The translations under genes and the position numbers were made by a program. Of a DNA stretch of 64,000 nt, positions 1 to 8,319 are shown piece by piece; position 1 is the stretch's first letter, and each line of letters opens with the position of its first letter. The stretch is from Candidatus Norongarragalinales archaeon (GTDB taxonomy: Archaea > Micrarchaeota > Micrarchaeia > Norongarragalinales > DASYRB01). The DNA lies in the NCBI GenBank assembly GCA_036004805.1, contig DASYRB010000014.1, positions 21,330-85,329 on the forward strand, written 5' to 3'. The notes under the pieces were generated by a model, which was not told the DNA's origin, did no database searches, and saw only the letters and a list, made by a program, of their open reading frames with translations.

Positions 1-140
1 GTGTTGACTTTGATGAAGAGCGTCCGCTTTCCTTTCTTCTTGATCGCGCTGTAGAGCTCGTTCTTGACGAGGTGGATCGCGGCGCGCACCGTGCTTTTGC
101 GGTCGTGACTCCTAGCGAGCGCTACGACTGGCTTCTTCAT
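1..140 (-). CDS. N-terminal part of a DUF362-like protein; the gene continues past the window start
   Basis: Minus-strand ORF with ATG at 140-138 running off the left edge. The translation is MKKPVVALARSHDRKSTVRAAIHLVKNELYSAIKKKGKRTLFIKVN, which resembles DUF362-family N-termini from memory. It is not in the ORF track because it is truncated. Confidence 0.45.
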   Translation of the reverse strand, partial: MKKPVVALARSHDRKSTVRAAIHLVKNELYSAIKKKGKRTLFIKVN

Positions 141-210
141 TTTTTGACTCTAGAAATCGAGGCGGCGTGGCGATTAAAAGCCACCCCATAGCTCTTGTAA
201 ATGACATTCC

Positions 211-957
211 ATGAGGCTCCTCTACGGCTCGATAATCGACCGCGAACCTTCAGACGGCGGACGCACCGAGACGGTAATCTACCTCGGCGGCTGTCCGTTG
301 CGCTGCGGCTTCTGCAACACCGTGCCGCTCGTTGTTGACGCGGAGAAGAACTGTGCGAATGAAGACGTGGAGTTTTTCGTGAAGCACTTGGTGAAGCACC
401 AGGACGAGATCGACGTCGCCTATATCGCTGGCGGCGAGCCATTCATGCAGCCCTCCACCGTCTATCTTTGCAAGCGCTTGAAGCATGAAGGCTTTCTCGT
501 GAAGGCGGAAACGAGCGGTTTCTATCCCGAAGCACTCATGGAAGCACTTCCCTACATCGACCAGATCACGATGGACGTGAAAACCACGCTAAAACCCGAA
601 CCATACGCGGAAATAACCGGCTTCAAAGGCGACCCGACCGTTTTGCTGAGCAAGGTGTTGCGCGCGATCGCGTTCATACAAGCCAGCACCGTGAAAGCCG
701 AATTCAAAACAACCGTACTGGCGGGCGTCAATGACAACATCGATGCGATCGATGACATCGCGAGAAGCGTAAAATTTGCGGACCAATACACGCTGCAACA
801 ATTCGACGCCTCCAAACCCATCATAAACCCGGCACTGATGGAAAACGACCTCGTCGTACCACACGACAAACTAATCGACCTGGCCATGTTTGCGAAACGC
901 TACATCAAAAACGTCAAAATCCGCTCCGCAGACGGAAAAGAAGAAGACGTGCTTTAA
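211..957 (+). CDS. Radical SAM activating-enzyme family protein (PflA/NrdG-like)
   Basis: 248-aa ORF with a CxxxCxxC cluster motif inside GGCPLRCGFCNT near the N-terminus and a YIAGGEP motif downstream. Size and layout fit small glycyl-radical-type activases. Confidence 0.75.
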   Translation: MRLLYGSIIDREPSDGGRTETVIYLGGCPLRCGFCNTVPLVVDAEKNCANEDVEFFVKHLVKHQDEIDVAYIAGGEPFMQPSTVYLCKRLKHEGFLVKAETSGFYPEALMEALPYIDQITMDVKTTLKPEPYAEITGFKGDPTVLLSKVLRAIAFIQASTVKAEFKTTVLAGVNDNIDAIDDIARSVKFADQYTLQQFDASKPIINPALMENDLVVPHDKLIDLAMFAKRYIKNVKIRSADGKEEDVL

Positions 958-961
958 GAAA

Positions 962-1522
962 ATGAGCAAGATTGAACGATTCCTCAGACACGGCAATCCT
1001 GAAAACGTGATGTCGCACATTCCCAAAATGCGAGATCCTGCAAAAATCACTATTGCATTTCAACATGACAAACCGGAAGTGCGTTACGCCGCATCGGAAG
1101 CTTTGGGAAAACTTGGTCCAGAGCACTTAGCCAAACTACTAGCACACCACCATCCAGAAGTTTTCGGACATGCAGAGCGAGAGTTAATAAGAATTGGCTC
1201 AAGCGCCGCACCGCACGTCGCCAAAATGCTGGAAAATGACGAGCATCATGCACGTTGGTATGCTGCTTACATATTGGGAAAAATTGGCCCCACAGCGGCG
1301 CCTTTTGCAAAAAACATTGCAGAACACGCACTAACACACAAGAACTGGCACACGGCAACAACCGCAGCTAAAGCATTGGAGGAAATTGGTAATCCTGAAG
1401 TTTTGCCACAACTGCAAAAAGCGCTTGAAAGCGAAAAGAACTCGCGGCCGCGCGAGCCAGTACTTAGAGTTCAAATACGAGCAGCAATTGCAAAACTCAA
1501 GAAAAAACAAAAAAGGTCATAG
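962..1522 (+). CDS. HEAT-repeat (PBS-lyase-type) protein, paralogue 1
   Basis: I chose the internal ATG at 962 (MSKIERFLRHGNPENV...) because the upstream part of the track ORF overlaps the previous gene. The protein has repeated ~31-aa units of the E/VRxxAAxALGKIG type, and its N-terminus is nearly the same as that of the 3061 gene. Confidence 0.7.
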   Translation: MSKIERFLRHGNPENVMSHIPKMRDPAKITIAFQHDKPEVRYAASEALGKLGPEHLAKLLAHHHPEVFGHAERELIRIGSSAAPHVAKMLENDEHHARWYAAYILGKIGPTAAPFAKNIAEHALTHKNWHTATTAAKALEEIGNPEVLPQLQKALESEKNSRPREPVLRVQIRAAIAKLKKKQKRS

Positions 1523-2289
1523 TGACGATCAATCCCCAACAAGCCAAAAACATTGTTGACTCTTCGCTCAACGCGGGCAAGCTCTGCATTCTCGTCGGTA
1601 ATTGCAAAGTTCAGTACGAAGGCAGAGCCGCAAGCAAGCTGAGCGAAGGCGACCGCGTTTTGATGATCAAGAGCGACGGAACATTCCTCGTACACCAGTC
1701 AAAACAAGCGAAGGCCGTGAACTATCAAGGACCCGGAGCAAAAATACTCACGGAAATCAACGACGAAGGACTGGTAGTAAGCGCCGTGCGGAAATTGCCA
1801 AACTTGATTGAAAAAATCGACGTGCGATTCCGCGACATTTACTTCGCAGAAGCTTTCGGTCTGAAGGACGATGCGAACTTGAAACTTTTCGGCAGCGAAA
1901 GACAACTCTCCGACCTCTTAATGCAAGACTTATCGCTCATCGAGCCTGGACTCGTTCCTCTGCAACAGGAAAGCGTGCAAGCACGAGGATACATGGACAT
2001 CATAGCACAAGACTCAAAAGGCAGAATAGTAGTCGTGGAACTCAAGCGCAGGATTGCCGGACTCGACGCGGTAACACAGCTCAAACGCTACGTCGAAGAA
2101 TTGTCGAAACGCAAAGGCAAAATTACGCGCGGAATCCTCGTCGCGCCAGAAATCACCGAACGCGCCCTACTAATGCTGCAGAACTGGGGACTCGAATACT
2201 TCAAACTCGACTACGAAATCGACAATCCGAGCGCGCGAATCATTGGTTTGGAGAAAAAGCAAAAGGAATTGAAGGAGTACTTCAAATAA
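1522..2289 (+). CDS. nucS: NucS/EndoMS mismatch-specific endonuclease
   Basis: 255 aa with a GTG start overlapping the upstream stop by 1 nt. The N-terminal region (GNCKVQYEGRAASKL...DGTFLVHQ) and the C-terminal RecB-like nuclease region (MDIIAQD...VVVELKRR) are typical of NucS. The C-terminal QKELKEYF matches the PIP-box pattern Qxx[LIM]xx[FY][FY]. Confidence 0.85.
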   Translation: MTINPQQAKNIVDSSLNAGKLCILVGNCKVQYEGRAASKLSEGDRVLMIKSDGTFLVHQSKQAKAVNYQGPGAKILTEINDEGLVVSAVRKLPNLIEKIDVRFRDIYFAEAFGLKDDANLKLFGSERQLSDLLMQDLSLIEPGLVPLQQESVQARGYMDIIAQDSKGRIVVVELKRRIAGLDAVTQLKRYVEELSKRKGKITRGILVAPEITERALLMLQNWGLEYFKLDYEIDNPSARIIGLEKKQKELKEYFK

Positions 2290-2298
2290 TTCTTAGAC

Positions 2299-2595
2299 AT
2301 GGTTTTGCCTGAAAAAGTGATGGAGACGCTCAAGACAGTCGAAGATCCCGAATTGAAAATCGACATAATCACTTTGGGCTTGGTTTACGAGATTCGCACT
2401 TACGACGACAACACAGTCTTCGTGAAGATGACCTTTACCTCTCCCGGCTGTCCTTATGGGCCTCAGCTGATTCAGAAAGTTAAGCAATCAATTTACGACT
2501 TGGGTGGCGTGAAAGACGTGCGCGTCGAAGTCGTGCTGGATCCACCTTGGCAGCCCAGTGAGGAAGTGAAAATGATGCTGGGTATGCCCATTTAA
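2299..2595 (+). CDS. DUF59/MIP18-family Fe-S cluster assembly protein (SufT-like)
   Basis: 98 aa. The sequence V.DPEL.IDIITLGLVYEI...MTFTSPGCPYGP is the characteristic DUF59 core with its conserved Cys. Confidence 0.75.
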   Translation: MVLPEKVMETLKTVEDPELKIDIITLGLVYEIRTYDDNTVFVKMTFTSPGCPYGPQLIQKVKQSIYDLGGVKDVRVEVVLDPPWQPSEEVKMMLGMPI

Positions 2596-2627
2596 TTCCT
2601 CCAAAAAGTAACCCTTCGCGAGACAAA

Positions 2628-3020
2628 ATGGTTAACGTTCAAGACATCATTCAAAACATGCGACGCAGAGGCATGACTGACGCCCAGATTAAACAAAACC
2701 TCAAAGAGTTGGGCGTTGCGGACGTGGAAAGCTTTTTCGAACAAGCCACCAGCGCCCTCAAAGAAGTCAGGATGATGCCGGAAGACGAAAACATCAAACC
2801 AATACCATTTACGCGCATCGTTGGCGACGAAGAGAAAAGCGAAGGCGCAACCGCTGAAGAAAGGCCGCAAGTCGTGACGCGCGTTTCCAAGATCGACACG
2901 GAAGAGCTCGGCAATCGAATGGAAGAAATCCTCGCCCTGATGAAGGCGATGCAGCAAGTCAACAAACAGATCCTCGACACCAACCGCGACATCTTAATGC
3001 GCCTCAAGATGCGCGAATAA
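2628..3020 (+). CDS. Hypothetical coiled-coil protein
   Basis: 130-aa ORF in a co-directional gene run with an acidic middle and a helical C-terminus. I recognise no family. Confidence 0.5.
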   Translation: MVNVQDIIQNMRRRGMTDAQIKQNLKELGVADVESFFEQATSALKEVRMMPEDENIKPIPFTRIVGDEEKSEGATAEERPQVVTRVSKIDTEELGNRMEEILALMKAMQQVNKQILDTNRDILMRLKMRE

Positions 3021-3060
3021 GTCTATTTCTTAAGAACTTGAAGAAACCTACTTCTGTCCA

Positions 3061-3645
3061 ATGAGCAAGCTGGAACAATTCTTCAAACGCGGCAACCCGC
3101 AAAACGTTACAGATCACCTCGCGAAAATGCGAAATCCTGCAAATATAGCAACAGCACTACAACACGAAAACTGGCGCGTGCGCTTGGCCGCAGCAGAAGC
3201 GCTAGGACGCATCGGTAAAGAAGCCGCACCATTCGCCGCACAGGCACTAAAACACGAAGACAGCGACGTGCGCGAAGCCGCGGCAGACGCGCTGGGACTC
3301 ATCGGCCCCGCAGCAGCACCATTCGCCAAAGACATCGTAGAACAAGCACTAAAACACGAAGACAGGAAAGTGCGCTACGCCGCGACTGAAGCGCTAGGAC
3401 GCATCGGTAAAGAAGCCGCACCATTCGCCGCACAAGCACTAAAACACGAAAACAGGAAAGTGCGCTACGCCGCAGCTAGAGCGGCAAAACGCATCGGAAA
3501 TGCGGAAGTTCTGCCAGAACTCGAAAAAGCAAGGGATAGGGAAACCGATTTGTCAGTAAAGAGACATATTGAATACGCGATTAGGGCATCGCAGCCCGGA
3601 ATCTTTCGACGATTAATTGGAAGACTCAAACGCCGCAAAACCTGA
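3061..3645 (+). CDS. HEAT-repeat (PBS-lyase-type) protein, paralogue 2
   Basis: 194 aa with five or more tandem HEAT-like units (VRxAAAEALGRIGKEAAPFAAQALKHE...). The N-terminus MSKLEQFFKRGNPQNV parallels that of the 962 gene. Confidence 0.75.
   Translation: MSKLEQFFKRGNPQNVTDHLAKMRNPANIATALQHENWRVRLAAAEALGRIGKEAAPFAAQALKHEDSDVREAAADALGLIGPAAAPFAKDIVEQALKHEDRKVRYAATEALGRIGKEAAPFAAQALKHENRKVRYAAARAAKRIGNAEVLPELEKARDRETDLSVKRHIEYAIRASQPGIFRRLIGRLKRRKT
3196..3451 (+). repeat. Near-identical internal direct repeat inside the HEAT gene (64-nt copies 192 nt apart)
   Basis: The sequence gaagcgctaggacgcatcggtaaagaagccgcaccattcgccgcaca[g/a]gcactaaaacacgaa[g/a]ac occurs at 3196-3259 and again at 3388-3451 with only two mismatches. 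Confidence 0.7.
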
Positions 3646-3712
3646 GCCACCGGCGGGCAACCTCCCGTCCTCTATAAATGCCGCTTTCGCCATAGTGTTT
3701 TGCGAGGAAGAA

Positions 3713-6322
3713 ATGATAACTAAGGCAGCGAAAGCCAGTTCTCGCGAAGAGATCTTGAAAATGCTCTCCCCTACCGTCAGGGAGTGGTATTCAAAGTTCG
3801 AAGAACCCACACCACCGCAACAATACGCGGTGCGCTTCATCAAACAAGACAAGAGCGTGCTCGTCACCGCGCCCACTGGCAGTGGAAAAACCTTGACCGG
3901 CTTCCTGACCGTACTGGACGAGCTGTACAAGCTCGCTGACGACAAAAAGCTCGAAGACAAAGTATACGCGATATACGTATCACCACTCCGCGCACTCGCG
4001 GCCGATATCGAGAAGAACTTGAACGAGCCCCTCGACGAGATGACCGAGATCGCGAAAAAGAACGGCACGGAACCGGCAAAAATCCGCGTCGCGGTACGCA
4101 CGGGAGACACGACACAGAGCGAAAGGGCGAAAATGCTCGCGAAGCCTCCGCACATTCTAATTACGACTCCAGAATCCCTCGCGCTCTTGCTCAACAGTCC
4201 GAAGTTTTTGCTTCACTTGAGCACCGTGAAGTGGATGATCATCGACGAGATCCACGAGCTGTGCAGCAACAAACGCGGCGTACACTTCTCGCTGTCGCTC
4301 GAAAGATTGCAAGGCACGCTCGACCACGCATTGGTGAGGATCGGTCTGAGCGCTACTATTCACCCGTTGGAAGAGGTCGCGAAGTACCTAGTCGGTTACG
4401 AGAATGGTGATGCTCGTGATTGCGTGATTGCCGATGCGCATTACGCAAAAAAGATCCAGTTGGAATTGCGATCGCCCGCGCCCGACCTGGTCTACATTTC
4501 TCAAGACGAGCTCAACAAAAAAACCTACAGAGCACTCGACGCATTGATCCGCAGCCACAAAACAACACTCGTTTTCACAAACACGCGAAGCGGAACCGAA
4601 CGCGTGGTACATCACCTGAAAACAATGTTTCCAACATACGGCCAGGAGATTGGTGCACACCACGGATCACTATCGCGTGCTGAAAGGGAGCGCATCGAGA
4701 ACGCGTTGAAGAAAGGAGAGCTCAAGGCAGTGGTTTGCAGCACGAGCCTCGAACTTGGAATCGATATCGGATATGTCGACCTCGTCGTGCAGCTCGCGAG
4801 CCCGAAAAGCGTCACGCGCTGCCTGCAACGCATCGGACGCAGCGGCCACAAGTACATGGCGACCGCGAAAGGAATCTTGTTGGCACAAGACCGCGACGAC
4901 TTGGTGGAGATCGCGGTGATGCTTCACGCGGCAAGGAAAGGCAAGCTCGACGCGATACAGATTCCAAAGAACGCGCTCGACGTGCTCGCGCAACACGTTC
5001 TCGGAATGGCCCTCGAAAAACAATGGAATACTGACGACGCGCTCGAACTCGTTCGCAAGAGTTACTGCTATAGCGCGCTGTCGAAGAGCGATTTCATCGA
5101 CACGCTCAAGTATCTCGCTGGAAACATGGAGCGCTACCACGTTTACGGAAAGATCTATTTTGACGAGGAACGCGGCGTGTTCGGAAAGCGCGGCAAGCTC
5201 GCTCGATTGATCTATTCGACGAACATCGGCACGATTCCCGAACAAGTCAGCATGTTCGTAAACCTGCTGCCGCTCGGTTATCACGTCGGGAACATCGAGG
5301 AAGAATTCCTCAACAACCTCAACAAAGGCGACCGCTTCGTGCTCGGTGGAAAAGTTTACGAGTATTGCTACACGAAAGGCATGCAGTGCTACGTCAAGAA
5401 CGCGGAAGGAGCACCTACCGTGCCTTCATGGTTCAGCGAAATGCTCCCATTGAGCTTCGATCTTGCGAACGCGATTGCCGGTTTCCGCGAAGAACTCCAC
5501 AACAGATTGAAGCACGAAAAGTTGCCGAAGGTGAGCGAGTGGGTGATGCAAGAGTTCCACACGGACGAAGACGCCGCAAAAGCCATCATTTCCTACATCG
5601 AAGAAGAAGCCAAGTTCCTCGAGCTCATGAAAGCTCCTTACCCTAGCCGCAAAAACATCCTCGTCGAAGAGTATTTCGAACCTCGTAAAAAGCACTACAT
5701 CGTACACGCGCTCACGGGACGAAGAGTGACGGAAGTGTTGTCGAAAGTACTCGCATCACGCGTGTCCGAAAAAATTGGCGAAAGCTGCGCGCTCACTTTC
5801 AACGACAACGGATTCGAAATCACGGTTCCACGCAGCGTGAAGATCGACATCGCGAAAGAACTCGCGTCGATCAAGAACTTGCGCAAGGAAGCCGAAGACT
5901 CTCTCGCGAAAAGCGAAGCGCTCAAGCGCAGGTTCAGGCACGTCGCCTCGCGCGCATTAATGATACTGCGCAATTACAAGGGCGTGCACAAGAGCGTCGG
6001 AAGACAACAACTCAGCGCGCACATCCTATTGAGCGTCGTTAAGAAGATCCCGAACTTTCCAGTGCTGAAAGAGGCCTATCGCGAGGTGCTTGAGGACTAC
6101 ATGGACTTGTACCACGCGCAGGAATTCCTGAACGACCTGCACACGGGAGATAGAAAAATCGTGCAACTGCCCGCTTACGACTTGCCTTCGCCATTCGCCT
6201 TCAACCTCTTGACGCAGGGCTTGGGTGACGTGATCATGCTGCAAGACAAGCGAATGATCCTGCAAAACCTCCACACAGCAGTAACGAAGAGGCTGCAGTC
6301 GCGTGGCGTGCTCGCGGCATGA
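3713..6322 (+). CDS. lhr: Lhr-like (Lhr-core) superfamily-2 DEAH/DExH helicase
   Basis: Walker A APTGSGKT, motif II DEIH, motif III SAT, and the HHGSLS and QRIGRSGH motifs, followed by a long Lhr-type C-terminal extension. The start is set at ATG 3713 (MITKAAK...). The track start at 3617 overlaps the preceding HEAT gene. Confidence 0.85.
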   Translation: MITKAAKASSREEILKMLSPTVREWYSKFEEPTPPQQYAVRFIKQDKSVLVTAPTGSGKTLTGFLTVLDELYKLADDKKLEDKVYAIYVSPLRALAADIEKNLNEPLDEMTEIAKKNGTEPAKIRVAVRTGDTTQSERAKMLAKPPHILITTPESLALLLNSPKFLLHLSTVKWMIIDEIHELCSNKRGVHFSLSLERLQGTLDHALVRIGLSATIHPLEEVAKYLVGYENGDARDCVIADAHYAKKIQLELRSPAPDLVYISQDELNKKTYRALDALIRSHKTTLVFTNTRSGTERVVHHLKTMFPTYGQEIGAHHGSLSRAERERIENALKKGELKAVVCSTSLELGIDIGYVDLVVQLASPKSVTRCLQRIGRSGHKYMATAKGILLAQDRDDLVEIAVMLHAARKGKLDAIQIPKNALDVLAQHVLGMALEKQWNTDDALELVRKSYCYSALSKSDFIDTLKYLAGNMERYHVYGKIYFDEERGVFGKRGKLARLIYSTNIGTIPEQVSMFVNLLPLGYHVGNIEEEFLNNLNKGDRFVLGGKVYEYCYTKGMQCYVKNAEGAPTVPSWFSEMLPLSFDLANAIAGFREELHNRLKHEKLPKVSEWVMQEFHTDEDAAKAIISYIEEEAKFLELMKAPYPSRKNILVEEYFEPRKKHYIVHALTGRRVTEVLSKVLASRVSEKIGESCALTFNDNGFEITVPRSVKIDIAKELASIKNLRKEAEDSLAKSEALKRRFRHVASRALMILRNYKGVHKSVGRQQLSAHILLSVVKKIPNFPVLKEAYREVLEDYMDLYHAQEFLNDLHTGDRKIVQLPAYDLPSPFAFNLLTQGLGDVIMLQDKRMILQNLHTAVTKRLQSRGVLAA

Positions 6323-7065
6323 AAAAGTTTACGCTTCCAGAAAGCAACGTTTTTGCTTACGGAGTACACTTTCCAGAAATTGATACCCTAGCGATTAGTG
6401 ACATTCACTTCGGCTTTGAAAGGGCACTTTACAAAGAAGGCGTCTCTCTTCCGTCGCAGTATGAGGATGTTGCGCGGTTGACTGACGCGATGCTCGACAA
6501 GACCAAAGCTTCTCGATTACTGATCAATGGCGACGTGAAGCACGAGTTCGGAAGCGCATCGCAACAAGAATGGTTCGAAGTCAACGCGTTTTTGGATCAT
6601 TGCAAGGAACGCGGCGTAGAGATCGTCATGGTGAGAGGCAATCACGACAACTACATACTGAACGTGCTCAAGGGCAGGGATCAGAAAGTTTTCGACAATT
6701 TCTCAGACGACGGTTTCCTCTTCCTGCATGGGCACCAAATGCCTGAAAAAGGAGCAAAATGGGACGTTTTGGTGATGGGTCACGAACACCCAGCGGTTTC
6801 AATCAGTGACCGCGCGGGCGTGAGGCACAAGTTTCGCTGCGTAATGATTGGCGAATGGAAAAACAAGCCACTCATCGTGCTTCCCGCGCTTTCGATGTAC
6901 GCGGCGGGTGTCGATTTTTCCGAGCCGAGAAAATCTTGGTGGAGCGGCGAACACCACGAATTCCTCTCGCCAATATTACAGGAATGCGACGTGCCGGAGT
7001 TCACGCCGATCGTTGTTGATGAGGAAGGTGGCGTGAAAAAGTTCCCGAAACTCAAACTTCTCTGA
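6319..7065 (+). CDS. Metallophosphoesterase (MPE, Lhr-associated nuclease type)
   Basis: Calcineurin-like phosphoesterase motifs DIHFG, GDVKHEF, GNHD, HGH and GHEHP. An ATGA overlap with the lhr stop suggests translational coupling. Confidence 0.8.
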   Translation: MKKFTLPESNVFAYGVHFPEIDTLAISDIHFGFERALYKEGVSLPSQYEDVARLTDAMLDKTKASRLLINGDVKHEFGSASQQEWFEVNAFLDHCKERGVEIVMVRGNHDNYILNVLKGRDQKVFDNFSDDGFLFLHGHQMPEKGAKWDVLVMGHEHPAVSISDRAGVRHKFRCVMIGEWKNKPLIVLPALSMYAAGVDFSEPRKSWWSGEHHEFLSPILQECDVPEFTPIVVDEEGGVKKFPKLKLL

Positions 7066-7139
7066 AAAACATTCTGTTTTTGTAACTCCTTTGCAGTAAC
7101 GACTTGCTTATATAGTTTATATGCGTCTTATAGATAGTC

Positions 7140-7436
7140 GATAACAAATCCCTTGGCGCGAATTTCGGGCGAGAACCGCGTCCGGCTGGAGGCAGGCACT
7201 CGTGGCGATAAGGAATTACAGTAAAAAGAAGCGAAAGTTGCACGCCAACTTCGCTTTCGGACTGACGACAATATCTCGCAAAAAGAGATACTGAAACAAA
7301 ACTCCCTCGGACGCAAACTTTTCTAGCAAACCCTATTTTACGAGAACCCTTACACCCGCGATACACTAGCGATTAGTTGTTTCTTGATTCCAAGTTCCGA
7401 TCACGGATGGCCCCGAGTAAGCGTTTTTTGGTTTTT
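7140..7436 (+). ncRNA. Candidate structured non-coding RNA of unknown class
   Basis: A ~370-nt ORF-free gap. Three overlapping TATA-like boxes (cttatatagtttatatgcgtcttatagat) lie at ~7108-7136. There are several hairpins, for example gaagcgaaagttg/caacttcgcttt at ~7228-7258 and tatctc/gagata at ~7272-7290. The gap ends in two plus-strand T-runs (cgttttttggttttttt, 7423-7438). I could not match it to RNase P or any other family by eye, and the boundaries are approximate. Confidence 0.25.
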
Positions 7437-7556
7437 TTAGAAGCGTCTGGGCTTACCGCGGAAGCCTCGCTCTGGTGGCTTGCGGAGCTTTTTGCGTCGG
7501 CGTTGTCGCCAGTTCATTCCTTTGTTGTGGCCGCGCGAGAGTTTCTGTTCTGCCAT
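7437..7556 (-). CDS. Possible 39-aa highly basic small protein
   Basis: The ORF is below the track's length cutoff. It reads ATG..TAA and encodes MAEQKLSRGHNKGMNWRQRRRKKLRKPPERGFRGKPRRF. A/T-rich boxes (ttatata and tttaaa on the coding strand) lie about 10-35 nt upstream. No family is recognised. Confidence 0.3.
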   Translation of the reverse strand: MAEQKLSRGHNKGMNWRQRRRKKLRKPPERGFRGKPRRF

Positions 7557-7787
7557 GATGCTCGTTTAAATAGCTCTTCCGGCTATATAATGGTTAACAA
7601 AAAACGACGGTGCTTTCGGAAAAGTTGAGGAAAGGCTTCTTGCGGGACACGTTGCGGCGACTCATTCTACCGCTTTGGCGTGTAGGGAAAAAATCGGTCA
7701 ACACAACACATCCAGTACAGGGTCTCTTTCCGTAGAAAACTGAAGAACGAAGGAATCGCCAAATAAAAAATAGGTGAAAGTGACGAA

Positions 7788-8216
7788 ATGAGAGATTTTG
7801 GAAGCAGAGATAGAGGCGGAAGTAGTGGCGGCGGACGACGCTACGGCGGCGGAGGCGGCGGCTACGGTGGTGGCGGCGGCTACGGCGGCGGAGGCGGCGG
7901 ACGAAGAGAATACGGAGGAGGCGGCGGAGGAAGCAGCGGCGGCGGATTCCGAGAGCCACCGGTACACGTCGGCGAAGAGCACGACGTGCAGATCACTGAC
8001 ATGTCCCGCAGAGGAGATGGAATCGCAAAGGTACAAGGATTCATAATCTTCGTACCTGGCACGCACCAAGGCGACCAGCTCCGCGTGAAAATCACGAGCG
8101 TCAAGCCGCGATTCGCGACGGGAGAACCAGTCGGTGCAGGATCTTCAACATCCTCGGGCTCGCAAGAGAGCGAAGTGATGGAAGAAGAGACCGAAGAAGG
8201 CGCGGAAGAAGAGTAA
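7788..8216 (+). CDS. TRAM-domain RNA-binding protein with an N-terminal Gly/Arg/Tyr-rich low-complexity region and an acidic tail
   Basis: The central segment HDVQITDMSRRGDGIAKVQGFIIFVPGTHQGDQLRVKITSVKPRFATGEPV is TRAM-like. The N-terminal ~60 aa is GGGY/RGG-type low complexity, and the C-terminus is E-rich. Confidence 0.75.
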   Translation: MRDFGSRDRGGSSGGGRRYGGGGGGYGGGGGYGGGGGGRREYGGGGGGSSGGGFREPPVHVGEEHDVQITDMSRRGDGIAKVQGFIIFVPGTHQGDQLRVKITSVKPRFATGEPVGAGSSTSSGSQESEVMEEETEEGAEEE

Positions 8217-8319
8217 CACACTCTCGCAACGCGTCTTCTGTTACTAACTCCCTCAAACAAACTCCCACACAAATTCTTTCTGTTTTTTATAGACACAATC
8301 CTTCAGTCACTCTGAACGA

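Noticed and set aside
137-442. A 101-aa minus-strand track ORF rich in Arg/Ser (MARRQRYRRRRSRPG...)
   Set aside because: It is antisense to the well-supported radical-SAM gene and has low-complexity Arg-rich composition typical of shadow frames in GC-rich coding DNA. The real minus-strand gene here is the truncated DUF362-like ORF at 1-140, which is in another frame.
3617-3712. An N-terminal extension of the Lhr ORF (MEDSNAAKPEPP...)
   Set aside because: It overlaps the 3' end of the HEAT-repeat gene. The helicase N-terminus aligns better from ATG 3713.
7066-7436. Calling the non-coding interval the SRP RNA or RNase P RNA
   Set aside because: A GUCAGUCCGAAAGCGAAG string on the minus strand first suggested SRP helix 8, but the genuine SRP RNA with the canonical GGAA-GGAGCAAC apex is at 23786-24056. 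I could not build the RNase P CR-I/CR-V pairing (P4). It stays an unclassified candidate.
7052-8296. Track ORFs 7052-7366(-), 7128-7316(-), 7377-7628(+), 7594-7959(-), 7698-8069(-), 7798-8046(+) and 7880-8296(-)
   Set aside because: They have no family resemblance and their composition is Arg/Ser/Ala/Pro low complexity. Several are simply alternative frames of the GGC-repeat region of the TRAM gene. The others lie in the putative non-coding interval.
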